From the NCBI GenBank assembly GCA_965228855.1, contig CBDDIJ010000003.1:2624001-2688000 (forward strand): a stretch of 64,000 nt of DNA, read 5' to 3'. The position numbers were made by a program, and so were the translations under genes. The notes under the pieces were generated by a model. The model did not search any database, was not told the origin of the DNA, and worked only from the letters and a program-made list of their open reading frames with translations. This document shows positions 9,870 to 19,359 of this stretch, in pieces (position 1 is the first letter of the stretch; the number at the start of each line of letters is the position of its first letter). Origin of the DNA: Candidatus Obscuribacterales bacterium (GTDB lineage Bacteria; Cyanobacteriota; Vampirovibrionia; Obscuribacterales; Obscuribacteraceae).

Positions 9870-10703
9870 ATGGGCGACGAGTCTGAAAACAAAGAATCAC
9901 TAGACGCTGGTGAAGCAAGCCGCAAGGGCGGCAAGCAAGATAGAAGTTCTTCGGCGAAGGCTTTTTACCGCGCAATGTACGCAGGAGCCGAGCCCGACCC
10001 GGAGGACTATGGTATGTCAACGAAGGATGAGCCTGAGCAACGCGGCAACAGCGGACCTTGTCCAAACTGCACCCGCATTCAGCAAGACATGGAAGGCTTG
10101 GAGAAACGTACGCTCGAAGCTGAAAACCACTACAAGCGAATGGCCGCGGATTTCGAAAACTATCGAAAACGGGTAGCGCGTGAGAAAGAAGAATTCAGCG
10201 CCAACGGTATTCAAAGAGCGATCGAAGCGATACTTCCGGCTCTCGACGATATGGACATGGCGAAAACCAAACTTTCGGCAGACATGGATTCAAAAGCCAT
10301 GATGGAAAGTTTGAACATGGTTTATAACCGCTTTAATCGCTGCCTCGAACAAATTGGAATCAAACAGCTTGAAGTTATAGGCGAGATGTTCGATCCGGTT
10401 TATCACGAGCCGGTTCAACAGGTGCCCAGTAAAGCTGTTCCGGACGGCGCAGTGGTTCATCAGTTGCGTCCAGGCTACATGTTCGGCGACAAAGTTTTAC
10501 GACCGTCTCTCGTCAACGTTGCCACCTCAGATGGTGCCGAAGACATCGAAGAGGCTCCAGCTCAAGTCGATGAACCGGCATCCGAAGTTCCAGAGGATGA
10601 AGGAGAACCCGGTTCCCGCACTCAGGACTTGCCAATCGTAGACGTGACAGCTGACCTCGAAGCGAAAGTATTCGAAGACAAGGACGAAGAAGGTAACGAA
10701 TAG
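9870..10703 (+). CDS. grpE: Nucleotide exchange factor GrpE
   Basis: RMAADFENYRKR, FDPVYHE, GYMFGDKVLRPSLV; first gene of grpE-dnaK-dnaJ. Confidence 0.92.
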   Translation: MGDESENKESLDAGEASRKGGKQDRSSSAKAFYRAMYAGAEPDPEDYGMSTKDEPEQRGNSGPCPNCTRIQQDMEGLEKRTLEAENHYKRMAADFENYRKRVAREKEEFSANGIQRAIEAILPALDDMDMAKTKLSADMDSKAMMESLNMVYNRFNRCLEQIGIKQLEVIGEMFDPVYHEPVQQVPSKAVPDGAVVHQLRPGYMFGDKVLRPSLVNVATSDGAEDIEEAPAQVDEPASEVPEDEGEPGSRTQDLPIVDVTADLEAKVFEDKDEEGNE

Positions 10704-10736
10704 CCTCTTCAACAGTCCTAGAATCTCAGGTGGTCA

Positions 10737-12683
10737 ATGAGCAATAGCGACAGGATTATCGGCATCGACCTAGGTACAACACACTCCTGTGTTGCCATCA
10801 TGGAAGGCGGCAAGCCGGTAATTATTGAAAACGCAGAAGGAGCCAGAACGACTCCTTCAGTTGTTGCGTTTACAAAATCCGGAGACCGTCTGGTCGGTCA
10901 GGTAGCCAAAAGACAGTCAGTAACCAATCCATCCAAGACCTTACAGTCAATTAAACGTGAGATGGGCACCAACTATCGAGTCACCATAGATGGTGTCGCG
11001 CACAGCCCGGAGCAAGTTTCAGCCATGATCCTGCAGAAGCTTAAGGCTGATGCTGAGTCCTATTTGGGTGAAAAACTCTCGCGCGCGGTAATTACAGTAC
11101 CGGCATACTTCAATGATGCACAACGTCAGGCCACCCGCGATGCCGGACAGATAGCCGGTCTTGACGTGATGCGCATCATCAACGAGCCTACTGCCAGCGC
11201 GCTCGCGTACGGTCTGGATAAGCTGGACGACCAATCCGTAATTCTGGTTTTCGACCTTGGCGGCGGGACATTCGACGTCAGCATTCTGGAAATTACCGAA
11301 GGAGTTTTTGAAGTTAAGGCCACGAGCGGTAACAACAGACTGGGTGGCGATGACTTTGACCAGTGCATCATTGACTGGATGATCGGCGAATTTTTATCTC
11401 AAACTGGAATTGATGTTTCAAACGATTTGATTGCAGTTCAGCGGATAAAGGAAACTGCAGAGAAGGTAAAGATAGAACTTTCGACAGCCGTCGTTTCCGA
11501 CGTCCATTTGCCATTCCTGACAGCCAATGACACAGGTCCGCTGCACCTTGAATGCCAGCTGACACGCGCAAAGTTTAACGATTTGACCGCTCATCTCGTC
11601 GAAGAGTGCCTGGGTCCTCTCATTCAGGCTCTCGAAGACGCGCAGCTGGAGCCTGCCAGCATCGAACACATAATTCTGGTTGGCGGCTCGACCAGAATAC
11701 CGGCTGTTCAGGACATGATTCGCCGATTCTTTTCCAAGGAGCCTTCAAAGTCTGTAAACCCTGACGAAGCAGTAGCCATGGGCGCTGCAATCCAGGCCGG
11801 CATCCTCTCCGGTGATCTGAAAGAGGTTTTGCTTCTCGATGTTATCCCATTGTCACTTGGCATTGAAACGGCTGGAGAGCTGTTTACGCGTATTATCAAA
11901 CGCAATACGACGATACCCACCAGCCAGACGCAACTGTTTTCCACAACAGAAGATGGTCAGACGTCAGTTGAAGTCCACGTTCTTCAGGGCGAGCGCGAAA
12001 AAGCAAAAGACAATAAGTCACTGGCAAAGTTAAATTTGACTGGAATTCCTCCGGCACCTCGTGGCGTACCTAAAATCGAAGTAACCTTCGATATTGATGC
12101 AGACGGGATTTTGCAGTGCTCCGTTAAGGACCATGCCTCCGGAATCAAGCAATCCATCACCGTCCATAGAACGACAGGGCTCAACCCGGATGAAGTGGAA
12201 ACCTTGCGCAGAGAGGCTGAAGAGTTCGCAGAGCAGGACAGAATAGAGCGCGAACGAATCAGTGCGCGGGTCAAAGCAGATGCGATGTGCGCCGATGCTG
12301 AAAGAACGATCACAAAGTATGGTGACAGAGTTGAGAAGAGTATTGTGGACAAAGTCCGCCGGGCTATAGACAATGTAAAGGAGTCGCTGGCGAAAGACGA
12401 AACCGACGAGCTCAAATCGCTGGTTGCCGGTCTGGATGTCGCCCTCCTGGACTTCGGGCGTGTCATTCACACAGCGAAACCGACTCTTCGCGACACGAAG
12501 GCCAAGAAACGGACCACTGTCGAAACCATCGAACTCGGTGGTCTCAAGCACGGAGAGTCGGAACCAGTCGGAAATGGCAAACCGACGCAGGGAAGTGAAA
12601 CCTGCCCCAAATGCTCAAGCCCGCTCGAATCCGATGACGACGATGGACAGTCGTGCCCGAGCTGCTCGATGATCGAGCTGTAA
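10737..12683 (+). CDS. dnaK: Hsp70 chaperone DnaK with a C-terminal CxxC..CxxC tail
   Basis: [50 protein letters not shown]. Confidence 0.95.
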   Translation: MSNSDRIIGIDLGTTHSCVAIMEGGKPVIIENAEGARTTPSVVAFTKSGDRLVGQVAKRQSVTNPSKTLQSIKREMGTNYRVTIDGVAHSPEQVSAMILQKLKADAESYLGEKLSRAVITVPAYFNDAQRQATRDAGQIAGLDVMRIINEPTASALAYGLDKLDDQSVILVFDLGGGTFDVSILEITEGVFEVKATSGNNRLGGDDFDQCIIDWMIGEFLSQTGIDVSNDLIAVQRIKETAEKVKIELSTAVVSDVHLPFLTANDTGPLHLECQLTRAKFNDLTAHLVEECLGPLIQALEDAQLEPASIEHIILVGGSTRIPAVQDMIRRFFSKEPSKSVNPDEAVAMGAAIQAGILSGDLKEVLLLDVIPLSLGIETAGELFTRIIKRNTTIPTSQTQLFSTTEDGQTSVEVHVLQGEREKAKDNKSLAKLNLTGIPPAPRGVPKIEVTFDIDADGILQCSVKDHASGIKQSITVHRTTGLNPDEVETLRREAEEFAEQDRIERERISARVKADAMCADAERTITKYGDRVEKSIVDKVRRAIDNVKESLAKDETDELKSLVAGLDVALLDFGRVIHTAKPTLRDTKAKKRTTVETIELGGLKHGESEPVGNGKPTQGSETCPKCSSPLESDDDDGQSCPSCSMIEL

Positions 12684-12760
12684 AAACAAAAGGATTGAGG
12701 GAATGAGCTGCTGGACAATTCAAATTCAGCGTGAGGAAACGGTCATTGGCTATAGGGAAC

Positions 12761-14068
12761 ATGTCTAGCAAGAAGGACTACTACGAAGTTATCGGCGTCG
12801 CGAAAGGCGCGACACAAGAAGAGATCAAAAAATCTTTTCGCAAACGCGCAAGAGAGCTTCACCCAGACAATAAAGACTCGGGAGATGAAAAGGCTTTCAA
12901 AGAACTCGCGGAAGCCTATGAAGTCCTTTCTGATGCGCAGAAAAGATCGGCGTACGACAGGTACGGACACGACGGCGTCAAGAGCGCTGGTCGCCGCTTT
13001 GACGACGTAGACTTCGGTCAATTCCAGGGCTTCGGCATGGACGACATCCTGGAAGCACTGTTCGGACAGGGTGTCCGTGGTGGCGGATTTGGTGGCGGCT
13101 TCGGCAGACAAGCCGGTCCTCAACAAGGTTCGCACCTCAAGTACGATTTGCAGATCGATTTTCTCGAAGCAGTCTTTGGCTGTGAGAAGAAACTTGAGAT
13201 AGCAGCTCTCGACGATTGCACAAGCTGCTTAGGAACGGGTGCTGCGCCCGGCAGCAACGTCTCGACTTGTGGAACCTGCAATGGTCAGGGGCAGGTCAAA
13301 GAGCTTGTGAACATGCTGTTTGTTCAAACCTATCAAATCACCACCTGCCCTCAGTGCCGAGGAAAGGGTAAGAAAGTTGACAAACCCTGCCGCGATTGTC
13401 GCGGCGAAGGTTTGACTCGCAAGAAAAAAGAATTCACACTGCCTGTTCCTGCTGGTATCGCCGACGGTAGCAGAATGCGCGTCGGGGGCCACGGCGATAA
13501 AGGACCGATAGGCGGTCCATTCGGCGATTTGTTTGTGGTTATCCATGTCAAGCCACACAAAGACTTTATTCGCGACGGCAACACCATCCATGTGAAACAA
13601 AACGTCAGTTATGCGATGGCCGCGCTAGGCGGAGAGCTTCTCGTTCCAACGGTCGAGGGCTCGAAAGTCATGAAGATACCCAGCGGTATCCAAACAGGAA
13701 CGCAGCTGGTAATGAAGGATCTTGGCGTCCCACCGCTGCAAGGACAGGGGCGACGTGGGGATCAAATAGTCCACATTCATGTCCAAACTCCGACGAAACT
13801 TTCGGCAGAAGAAAAAGAACTTTTCAAGACACTCGCCAGGATTACCGGTGAGTCTCTAACGGTTGAAGCCGAAAAGGAAACAATTGAAAACAGGGATTCG
13901 TCGGAAAAAAAAGCGAAGAAGGAAACTGAGAAGTCTTCCGACATCGAGCCGAATGCCAAAGGCAAAGGCAAAGGAAAGAAGAAAGCCGGCGCTACTGATG
14001 AAGAAGCCAAAGAAGATTCAATCCTGGATAAAATCGTCGATGCTTTTCGCCCGAAAAGCAGCGAATAA
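12761..14068 (+). CDS. dnaJ: Chaperone DnaJ (class A)
   Basis: J-domain with HPD, G/F-rich region, four CxxCxGxG repeats. Confidence 0.95.
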   Translation: MSSKKDYYEVIGVAKGATQEEIKKSFRKRARELHPDNKDSGDEKAFKELAEAYEVLSDAQKRSAYDRYGHDGVKSAGRRFDDVDFGQFQGFGMDDILEALFGQGVRGGGFGGGFGRQAGPQQGSHLKYDLQIDFLEAVFGCEKKLEIAALDDCTSCLGTGAAPGSNVSTCGTCNGQGQVKELVNMLFVQTYQITTCPQCRGKGKKVDKPCRDCRGEGLTRKKKEFTLPVPAGIADGSRMRVGGHGDKGPIGGPFGDLFVVIHVKPHKDFIRDGNTIHVKQNVSYAMAALGGELLVPTVEGSKVMKIPSGIQTGTQLVMKDLGVPPLQGQGRRGDQIVHIHVQTPTKLSAEEKELFKTLARITGESLTVEAEKETIENRDSSEKKAKKETEKSSDIEPNAKGKGKGKKKAGATDEEAKEDSILDKIVDAFRPKSSE

Positions 14069-15689
14069 GAAAAGATCCGGAGTAGAGAGAAACGCACCAT
14101 CTGCGGTGCTAGCTACGCTGGCCTTGCTGGCTTCGATTTCGGTCTCACTTACGGCGGCGCTCGTCTATGCGCCACCAGCCTGGGCTACCCGACCTCCGGA
14201 CGACCTCAAGGAGTCGATCAAGAAAACATTTCCGAACGCCCGAGTACGACTCGACGGCGTCATCGAGAAAACAGATGGAACACTCTATATTCCACTGATA
14301 CCAAAGACTGAAAACGCCAAGGCGGCACCGGGACTAGCGGCGAAGTATCCGGCTCAAGCCCCGGTGCTCTTCGCATTCTCGAACGGTTGGTACTATTTGA
14401 AACTCAGTGACAAAGAAGGTAAAAAGGTCCTTGCACTGCCTGTTTTAAAAGATGATGAGAAGAAAAAAATAGCTTCTTGCATGCTGCCTCCTGATTTAAT
14501 CGTGCCGCTAGACATGTTCGTTTCGCCTGAATTAAAAGCATCAATCGGAGAGGTGCGCGTTCCTGTTCTCGGCGGCGCCGCTCCAGCCTCAACAACAGTA
14601 GGAACCAAGCCAGCCACAGGGATAGAGACAAAAGCGACCGCAGGCAAATCGGGCACGACTAAAGCAGCAACCGGTAAACCGGGCACCGTTGTTAAGCCCG
14701 CAGGCAAACCGGCAACTACAAGCCCGGCCCCGACTTCGCCGGTTCCTGTCGCCCGAGCAGATGAGCAGCCCGTCGAAAGACAGGAAACCGCTAGAGCGGA
14801 TGGCTTGATTGCCGTCACGTCTCCACAAACGGGAAAGATCGCTCTGCTCAGTTCGTCGATGACAAAGCTGGGAGAACTGCCTACTGATGGTACTCCCGGA
14901 GGAATGGCTACAGCCGGAGGTAAGCTTTACATCGCAGATCAGACGAAAAACCGTATTTTGATAGTCGACCCGCAAAAGCGAGAGTTCGCAGGACAAATCG
15001 ATTTTCCGCCGGGAAGTTCTCCAAAAGACGTCGCAGCGCAGGCTGACGGAACATTCCTCTACGTCTCGGAATGCGCCGCGAACAAAATCGCTATTGTCGA
15101 GCTTGCCACTCAGAAAATATTGATGCACACTCTGGTGCCCGCTGGTCCGACCCGAATGGAAGTCGCGCCCAACGGCTACACTTTGCTGGTGCTCAACGTT
15201 CCGGCAGGAAAAGTTTCATTTATATCGACGCTGAACCAGAAACTTGTCGGCGTCGTCGGCGTAGGCGGCATGCCCAGTGACGTGATGATATCGAAAGACA
15301 GTCGCACGGCCTACGTGTCAAACCGATTATCGAACACAGTTTCAGTAATCGATGTGACGCAGAAAAGAGTATTGCGAACTTTGCCTACCGGCGAGGGACC
15401 GACAGGTATGGCGCTCAGCAAGGATGGCGCACGGCTTTTCGTCGCCAATGCCAAAGAAAATTCAATAAGCGTTTTTGATTTGAAATCAAACACGAAAATC
15501 AAAGATGTATCCTTGCCCATTGACGTAGAGTTTCCTTCCGATATTCTGCTCATGCCTGATGGACAGCGAATGCTTGTCACAAGCGCCGCTACTGATACCC
15601 TGGGAATGTTGAATGTGGAAACGCTCGAATTCGAAAAGCAACAGACCCTGGGATGCACTAGCGTGGATTTAATTTGGGTGCCGCAGTAG
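14040..15689 (+). CDS. Secreted YncE/YVTN beta-propeller repeat protein
   Basis: Signal peptide after ATG 14040; repeats such as YVSNRLSNTVSVID and FVANAKENSISVFD; Thr/Pro/Lys linker. Confidence 0.8.
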   Translation: MLFARKAANKKRSGVERNAPSAVLATLALLASISVSLTAALVYAPPAWATRPPDDLKESIKKTFPNARVRLDGVIEKTDGTLYIPLIPKTENAKAAPGLAAKYPAQAPVLFAFSNGWYYLKLSDKEGKKVLALPVLKDDEKKKIASCMLPPDLIVPLDMFVSPELKASIGEVRVPVLGGAAPASTTVGTKPATGIETKATAGKSGTTKAATGKPGTVVKPAGKPATTSPAPTSPVPVARADEQPVERQETARADGLIAVTSPQTGKIALLSSSMTKLGELPTDGTPGGMATAGGKLYIADQTKNRILIVDPQKREFAGQIDFPPGSSPKDVAAQADGTFLYVSECAANKIAIVELATQKILMHTLVPAGPTRMEVAPNGYTLLVLNVPAGKVSFISTLNQKLVGVVGVGGMPSDVMISKDSRTAYVSNRLSNTVSVIDVTQKRVLRTLPTGEGPTGMALSKDGARLFVANAKENSISVFDLKSNTKIKDVSLPIDVEFPSDILLMPDGQRMLVTSAATDTLGMLNVETLEFEKQQTLGCTSVDLIWVPQ

Positions 15690-15715
15690 CCAATTAACAA
15701 TCGAATCAATTTTCC

Positions 15716-15743
15716 TTGACGAAAAATTTTTGTCGTGGATAAT
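15716..15743 (+). promoter_or_regulatory. Sigma70-type promoter for the thrS leader
   Basis: TTGACG-16 nt-GATAAT, 7 nt upstream of the leader ATG. Confidence 0.6.
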
Positions 15744-15750
15744 CAGAATC

Positions 15751-15837
15751 ATGCACATAGATTTTCCGAGCTTCAAGACTGAGACAACGACGACACGAGT
15801 GCCGCATGCTTCGGGGCTGGTCATCAAGCGCTATTAA
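15751..15837 (+). CDS. Thr-rich attenuator leader peptide (28 aa)
   Basis: MHIDFPSFKTETTTTRVPHASGLVIKRY*; 5 Thr in 6 codons directly upstream of thrS. Confidence 0.8.
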   Translation: MHIDFPSFKTETTTTRVPHASGLVIKRY

Positions 15838-15863
15838 TTTTCCGATTAGTTTGATGCATAACA

Positions 15864-15897
15864 GCGAGCCCCAGGTAGTGCGGCTCGTTTTTTGTTT
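15864..15897 (+). terminator. Attenuator terminator hairpin of the thrS leader
   Basis: GCGAGCC..GGCTCGT stem plus TTTTTTGTTT; its 5' arm can pair instead with GGGGCT at 15813-15818. Confidence 0.8.
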
Positions 15898-15923
15898 CTG
15901 CCTTAAACTATGGAGATGGAAAA

Positions 15924-17837
15924 ATGTTATCGATAAACGAACAAGGTTTATTCAGCGACGAACCTGAGAGTCAAGACTTGAATCAAGATAAACTTGAAGA
16001 ACGGATTATGCGAATGCGACACAGCTGCGCTCATATACTGGCGCAAGCTGTGATCGAGAGATTCGCCGATGCAGGTGTCGTAAAACTGGGAGTAGGACCG
16101 GCGATTGCCGATGGCTTCTTTTACGATTTCGACTTACCTCGACCACTCCAAGACGATGATCTTGGGTGGATCGAGGATCGAATGAAACAGATTGTGCGCA
16201 AAGGTGCAGACTTCAAGCAGAGCACAGTGAGCGCCAAAAGCGCTCGGGAACTGTTTTCCAGCCAAGTCTATAAACTGGAATTGATTGAACTCATCGAGAG
16301 AGGTCTGGCAGACGATAATGGGGAACGTAGCACCTCCAACGGCAGTAAAGATAGGGAAGACTTTGCAGCCGTGCAAGGTTTCCAGCCAGGCGAAGGCGCA
16401 TATGATTGCCCGGTTTCGCTCTACCAGCATGACAAGTTTGTAGACCTTTGCAAAGGCCCACACGTCGGAAACACAAGCGATATCAATCCAGACGGTCTGA
16501 AGATTCTTCACTCGACTGGTTCTCACTGGCGCGGCGTTGAACAGAACCCGCTTATGACCCGCATCTATGGAACCGTGTTCCCATCGAAGGAAGAACTCGA
16601 TCAGCACTTGCATCGACTCGACGAAATCAAGCGTCGTGATCACCGCCGCATCGGAAAAAAACTCGAACTATTTCACTTCGATGATACCGCTAAGGGTATG
16701 CCGTACTGGCTACCGAATGGAATGAGAATGCTCAATGAACTCCTGGCATTCTGGCGAGATGCTCATGAGAAGCGGGGTTATGACGAAATTTCATCACCGA
16801 TTTTAAATGACAAGAAACTCTGGGAGATCTCGGGACACTGGGAGCACTACCAGGAAAATATGTTTGTGGTTGCACTCGGTGATGATACCGAATACGGTCT
16901 CAAGCCTATGAACTGTCCGAACGCGATGATAGTGTTCGGATTGAAATTGCGCAGCTATCGAGATTTGCCAATGCGGCTTGCAGACTGCGATATTCTTCAC
17001 AGACATGAGCGTTCCGGAACCTTGAACGGTTTATTTCGCGTGCAAAAATTTCAGCAAGATGATGCACACATCTTTGTGGCACCACATCAAATTGAGCAAG
17101 AGTTCGATAACATCCTGGACCTGGCGCAGGAGTTTTACTCCGTGTTTGACCTTTCGTTCTCATTTCGCCTTAGTTTGCGTCCGGATGATTTTATGGGAGA
17201 GTCATCAACCTGGGACGAAGCAGAAGCTGCGCTCAAGCGGATCTTAGACAACAGAGTCGGCGAAGGTAATTACGTTGTAGCGGAAAAAGAGGGCGCGTTT
17301 TACGGACCCAAAATCGATATTCTTATGAAGGATTCGCTCGGTCGAAAGTGGCAGATGGGCACCATCCAGTTGGACTTCCAGCTGCCCGCTCGCTTTGGTC
17401 TGACTTATACCGACAGCGATGGAAGCAAGAAAACTCCGGTCGTTATTCATCGAGTAATTTATGGTTCGATTGATAGATTCATCGGCGTCTTGCTGGAGCA
17501 TACTGCCGGAGACCTGCCCCTATGGCTAGCGCCTGTTCAGGTCGCCATTGTTCCGATCGCTGATAGACACATCGCTTACGCGGAGTTGGTTGGTGAAAAA
17601 CTGCGAGCGCAGCGACTGCGATTTAAGATCGATTCTGGCGCTGCGAGAATGAACCGGAAGATTAGAGATTGGGAATTAGTTAAAGTCCCTTACATCGTCG
17701 TCATCGGAGATCGAGAGCTTGAGCGCAGTTCGCTATCAGTGAGAACTCGCGACGGCGAAAATCACGGAGAGCTCTCGACCGACGAATTCATCCAGCACAT
17801 GAACGCAATCGTAAAAAATCGATCCAATCATCTGTGA
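15924..17837 (+). CDS. thrS: Threonine--tRNA ligase (no TGS domain; insertion in the editing domain)
   Basis: RHSCAH, DLCKGPH, RDHRRIG, KPMNCP, AFYGPKID, TIQLDF, IHRVIYGS. Confidence 0.96.
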   Translation: MLSINEQGLFSDEPESQDLNQDKLEERIMRMRHSCAHILAQAVIERFADAGVVKLGVGPAIADGFFYDFDLPRPLQDDDLGWIEDRMKQIVRKGADFKQSTVSAKSARELFSSQVYKLELIELIERGLADDNGERSTSNGSKDREDFAAVQGFQPGEGAYDCPVSLYQHDKFVDLCKGPHVGNTSDINPDGLKILHSTGSHWRGVEQNPLMTRIYGTVFPSKEELDQHLHRLDEIKRRDHRRIGKKLELFHFDDTAKGMPYWLPNGMRMLNELLAFWRDAHEKRGYDEISSPILNDKKLWEISGHWEHYQENMFVVALGDDTEYGLKPMNCPNAMIVFGLKLRSYRDLPMRLADCDILHRHERSGTLNGLFRVQKFQQDDAHIFVAPHQIEQEFDNILDLAQEFYSVFDLSFSFRLSLRPDDFMGESSTWDEAEAALKRILDNRVGEGNYVVAEKEGAFYGPKIDILMKDSLGRKWQMGTIQLDFQLPARFGLTYTDSDGSKKTPVVIHRVIYGSIDRFIGVLLEHTAGDLPLWLAPVQVAIVPIADRHIAYAELVGEKLRAQRLRFKIDSGAARMNRKIRDWELVKVPYIVVIGDRELERSSLSVRTRDGENHGELSTDEFIQHMNAIVKNRSNHL

Positions 17838-17847
17838 TAGTGTCGCG

Positions 17848-18645
17848 TCACTTGATGGTATCGACGAGCCGGCCAAAACCGATATTGTCGGATAAGGTCG
17901 GCTTGTCTATTTGCTTTTTGCGCTCTCCCGAGAAGGTTCCCTCCCAGTACCCGACCGGCTTGTTGTTGCCGTCCAGCATCAACCGCACGACACCTTTGCC
18001 GATGCCGTCGCGCCTATCCTGGTGCGTATTTGGTGGCAGTTGTTCCGGAGGGAAATGCACAACCGAAGAGGAGTCGAGAACGTTGATCGATACCAGCTTT
18101 TGCCCGTCTATTGTCTCAATGCGCTCCGGCTTATCGATCACGAACATAACGTGACCGGTGTTTCCACGACTGCCCGCCTGCTGTTTCTTCTCCCAGGCAA
18201 TCAAATCGCCCTGACGGAGGTCGGCAATGCTGCTCACTTTAATCCATCCTTCCTGCGGAATTGAGGAGCTCAATGAATTGAAAAATGTCGCGAAGGTTTT
18301 CGACTGAGGATAAGGGCGGTCAGGCTGAAGGTCATGGACTGTTTTGAACTGGGCTGGAGCAACGGCATTGATTACGTAACTGACGAAACCGGAGCAATCC
18401 GCATCCATACCAGAGACTCCATCCGCGCTCTGCCATTGCTGCTCCACAGGCAGTTTGTTGTGTTTGTAGTGGGTAGACTGGACGTTGTCGAATAGCCAAT
18501 TCGCTTTTGAAAATGCATGGGCAGATTTTTGACTGCCCGCAGTTGTTCGGAACTGCTGAGCCCAGAGAGGACTCTGGGCTAATCCGAGCCAGACAAGTGA
18601 TGCAATCACTATTCCGCAAAGCCCAAAGCGTTTGGTTCTGAGCAT
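17848..18645 (-). CDS. Secreted NlpC/P60-like cysteine hydrolase
   Basis: Signal peptide; DCSGFV, GDLIAW, GHVMFV. Confidence 0.6.
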   Translation of the reverse strand: MLRTKRFGLCGIVIASLVWLGLAQSPLWAQQFRTTAGSQKSAHAFSKANWLFDNVQSTHYKHNKLPVEQQWQSADGVSGMDADCSGFVSYVINAVAPAQFKTVHDLQPDRPYPQSKTFATFFNSLSSSIPQEGWIKVSSIADLRQGDLIAWEKKQQAGSRGNTGHVMFVIDKPERIETIDGQKLVSINVLDSSSVVHFPPEQLPPNTHQDRRDGIGKGVVRLMLDGNNKPVGYWEGTFSGERKKQIDKPTLSDNIGFGRLVDTIK

Positions 18646-18988
18646 AGGTCCTCTGTAACGTGAATCAATCTTGATAGAATCTTGATATCAAGTTAGCGAT
18701 TTAAGCAGAAAATTACAAGGCAACGCCACCTAAAGTTGCGCTATAGTCGACAACTGATAGGATATAAACTACAAGTCGGGTCTACGCTTACCCGGGATAG
18801 GCAGGACAGTAGTCACCAGTCCCGAAGTGGTGATGCACTTGCCTTGAGTCATCACCTTCGCGAATTTTGCTATAGATCCCGAAGAACGAATTGGGTCGAG
18901 TAGCGAAAGAAGTAGAACTTAGCTGTCGCAACTATGGCAACGAGGCTCGAAGCGTATGCTGGAATCCGACGTATCAGGGAATCTTATT

Positions 18989-19282
18989 ATGGCGCAGGAC
19001 GGTCAGGACGGCATTTGGGAAGTTCTCTTACGTTGTGCCAAAGAGCAAAGAAGCGAAGCTATGTTTCGGAAAGCCCTGCAAGTTGCAGAATTACATCACG
19101 GTCCGGACAGCGTACAAGTAGGCAGTGTCTGTGGCGAACTCGCGCAATACTACCGTGTCCATGGCGACGATGAAGCCGCCGAAAAACACGAGGAACGAGC
19201 AGAACAAATTCTTCGTAAGTTCGTGATGGAGAGGTCGGACGTGCTCGACGCATTCCGACTCGACGCTAATGAAGAAAGTTGA
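18989..19282 (+). CDS. Small TPR-like protein
   Basis: EAMFRKALQVAELHHGPDS..LAQYY..G..A TPR pattern. Confidence 0.6.
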   Translation: MAQDGQDGIWEVLLRCAKEQRSEAMFRKALQVAELHHGPDSVQVGSVCGELAQYYRVHGDDEAAEKHEERAEQILRKFVMERSDVLDAFRLDANEES

Positions 19283-19359
19283 GGATTGACTGTTAAGCAA
19301 GTTCAGCTTTGACTTGATTGGGATACCCTAGAATCGGTCATCTCCAATCCAGGTACTGC

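Noticed and set aside
13863..14039. N-terminal extension of the beta-propeller ORF
   Set aside because: Overlaps dnaJ extensively; ATG 14040 gives a plausible signal peptide
15690..15923. T-box riboswitch upstream of thrS
   Set aside because: Leader too short and lacks the T-box consensus; leader-peptide attenuation fits better
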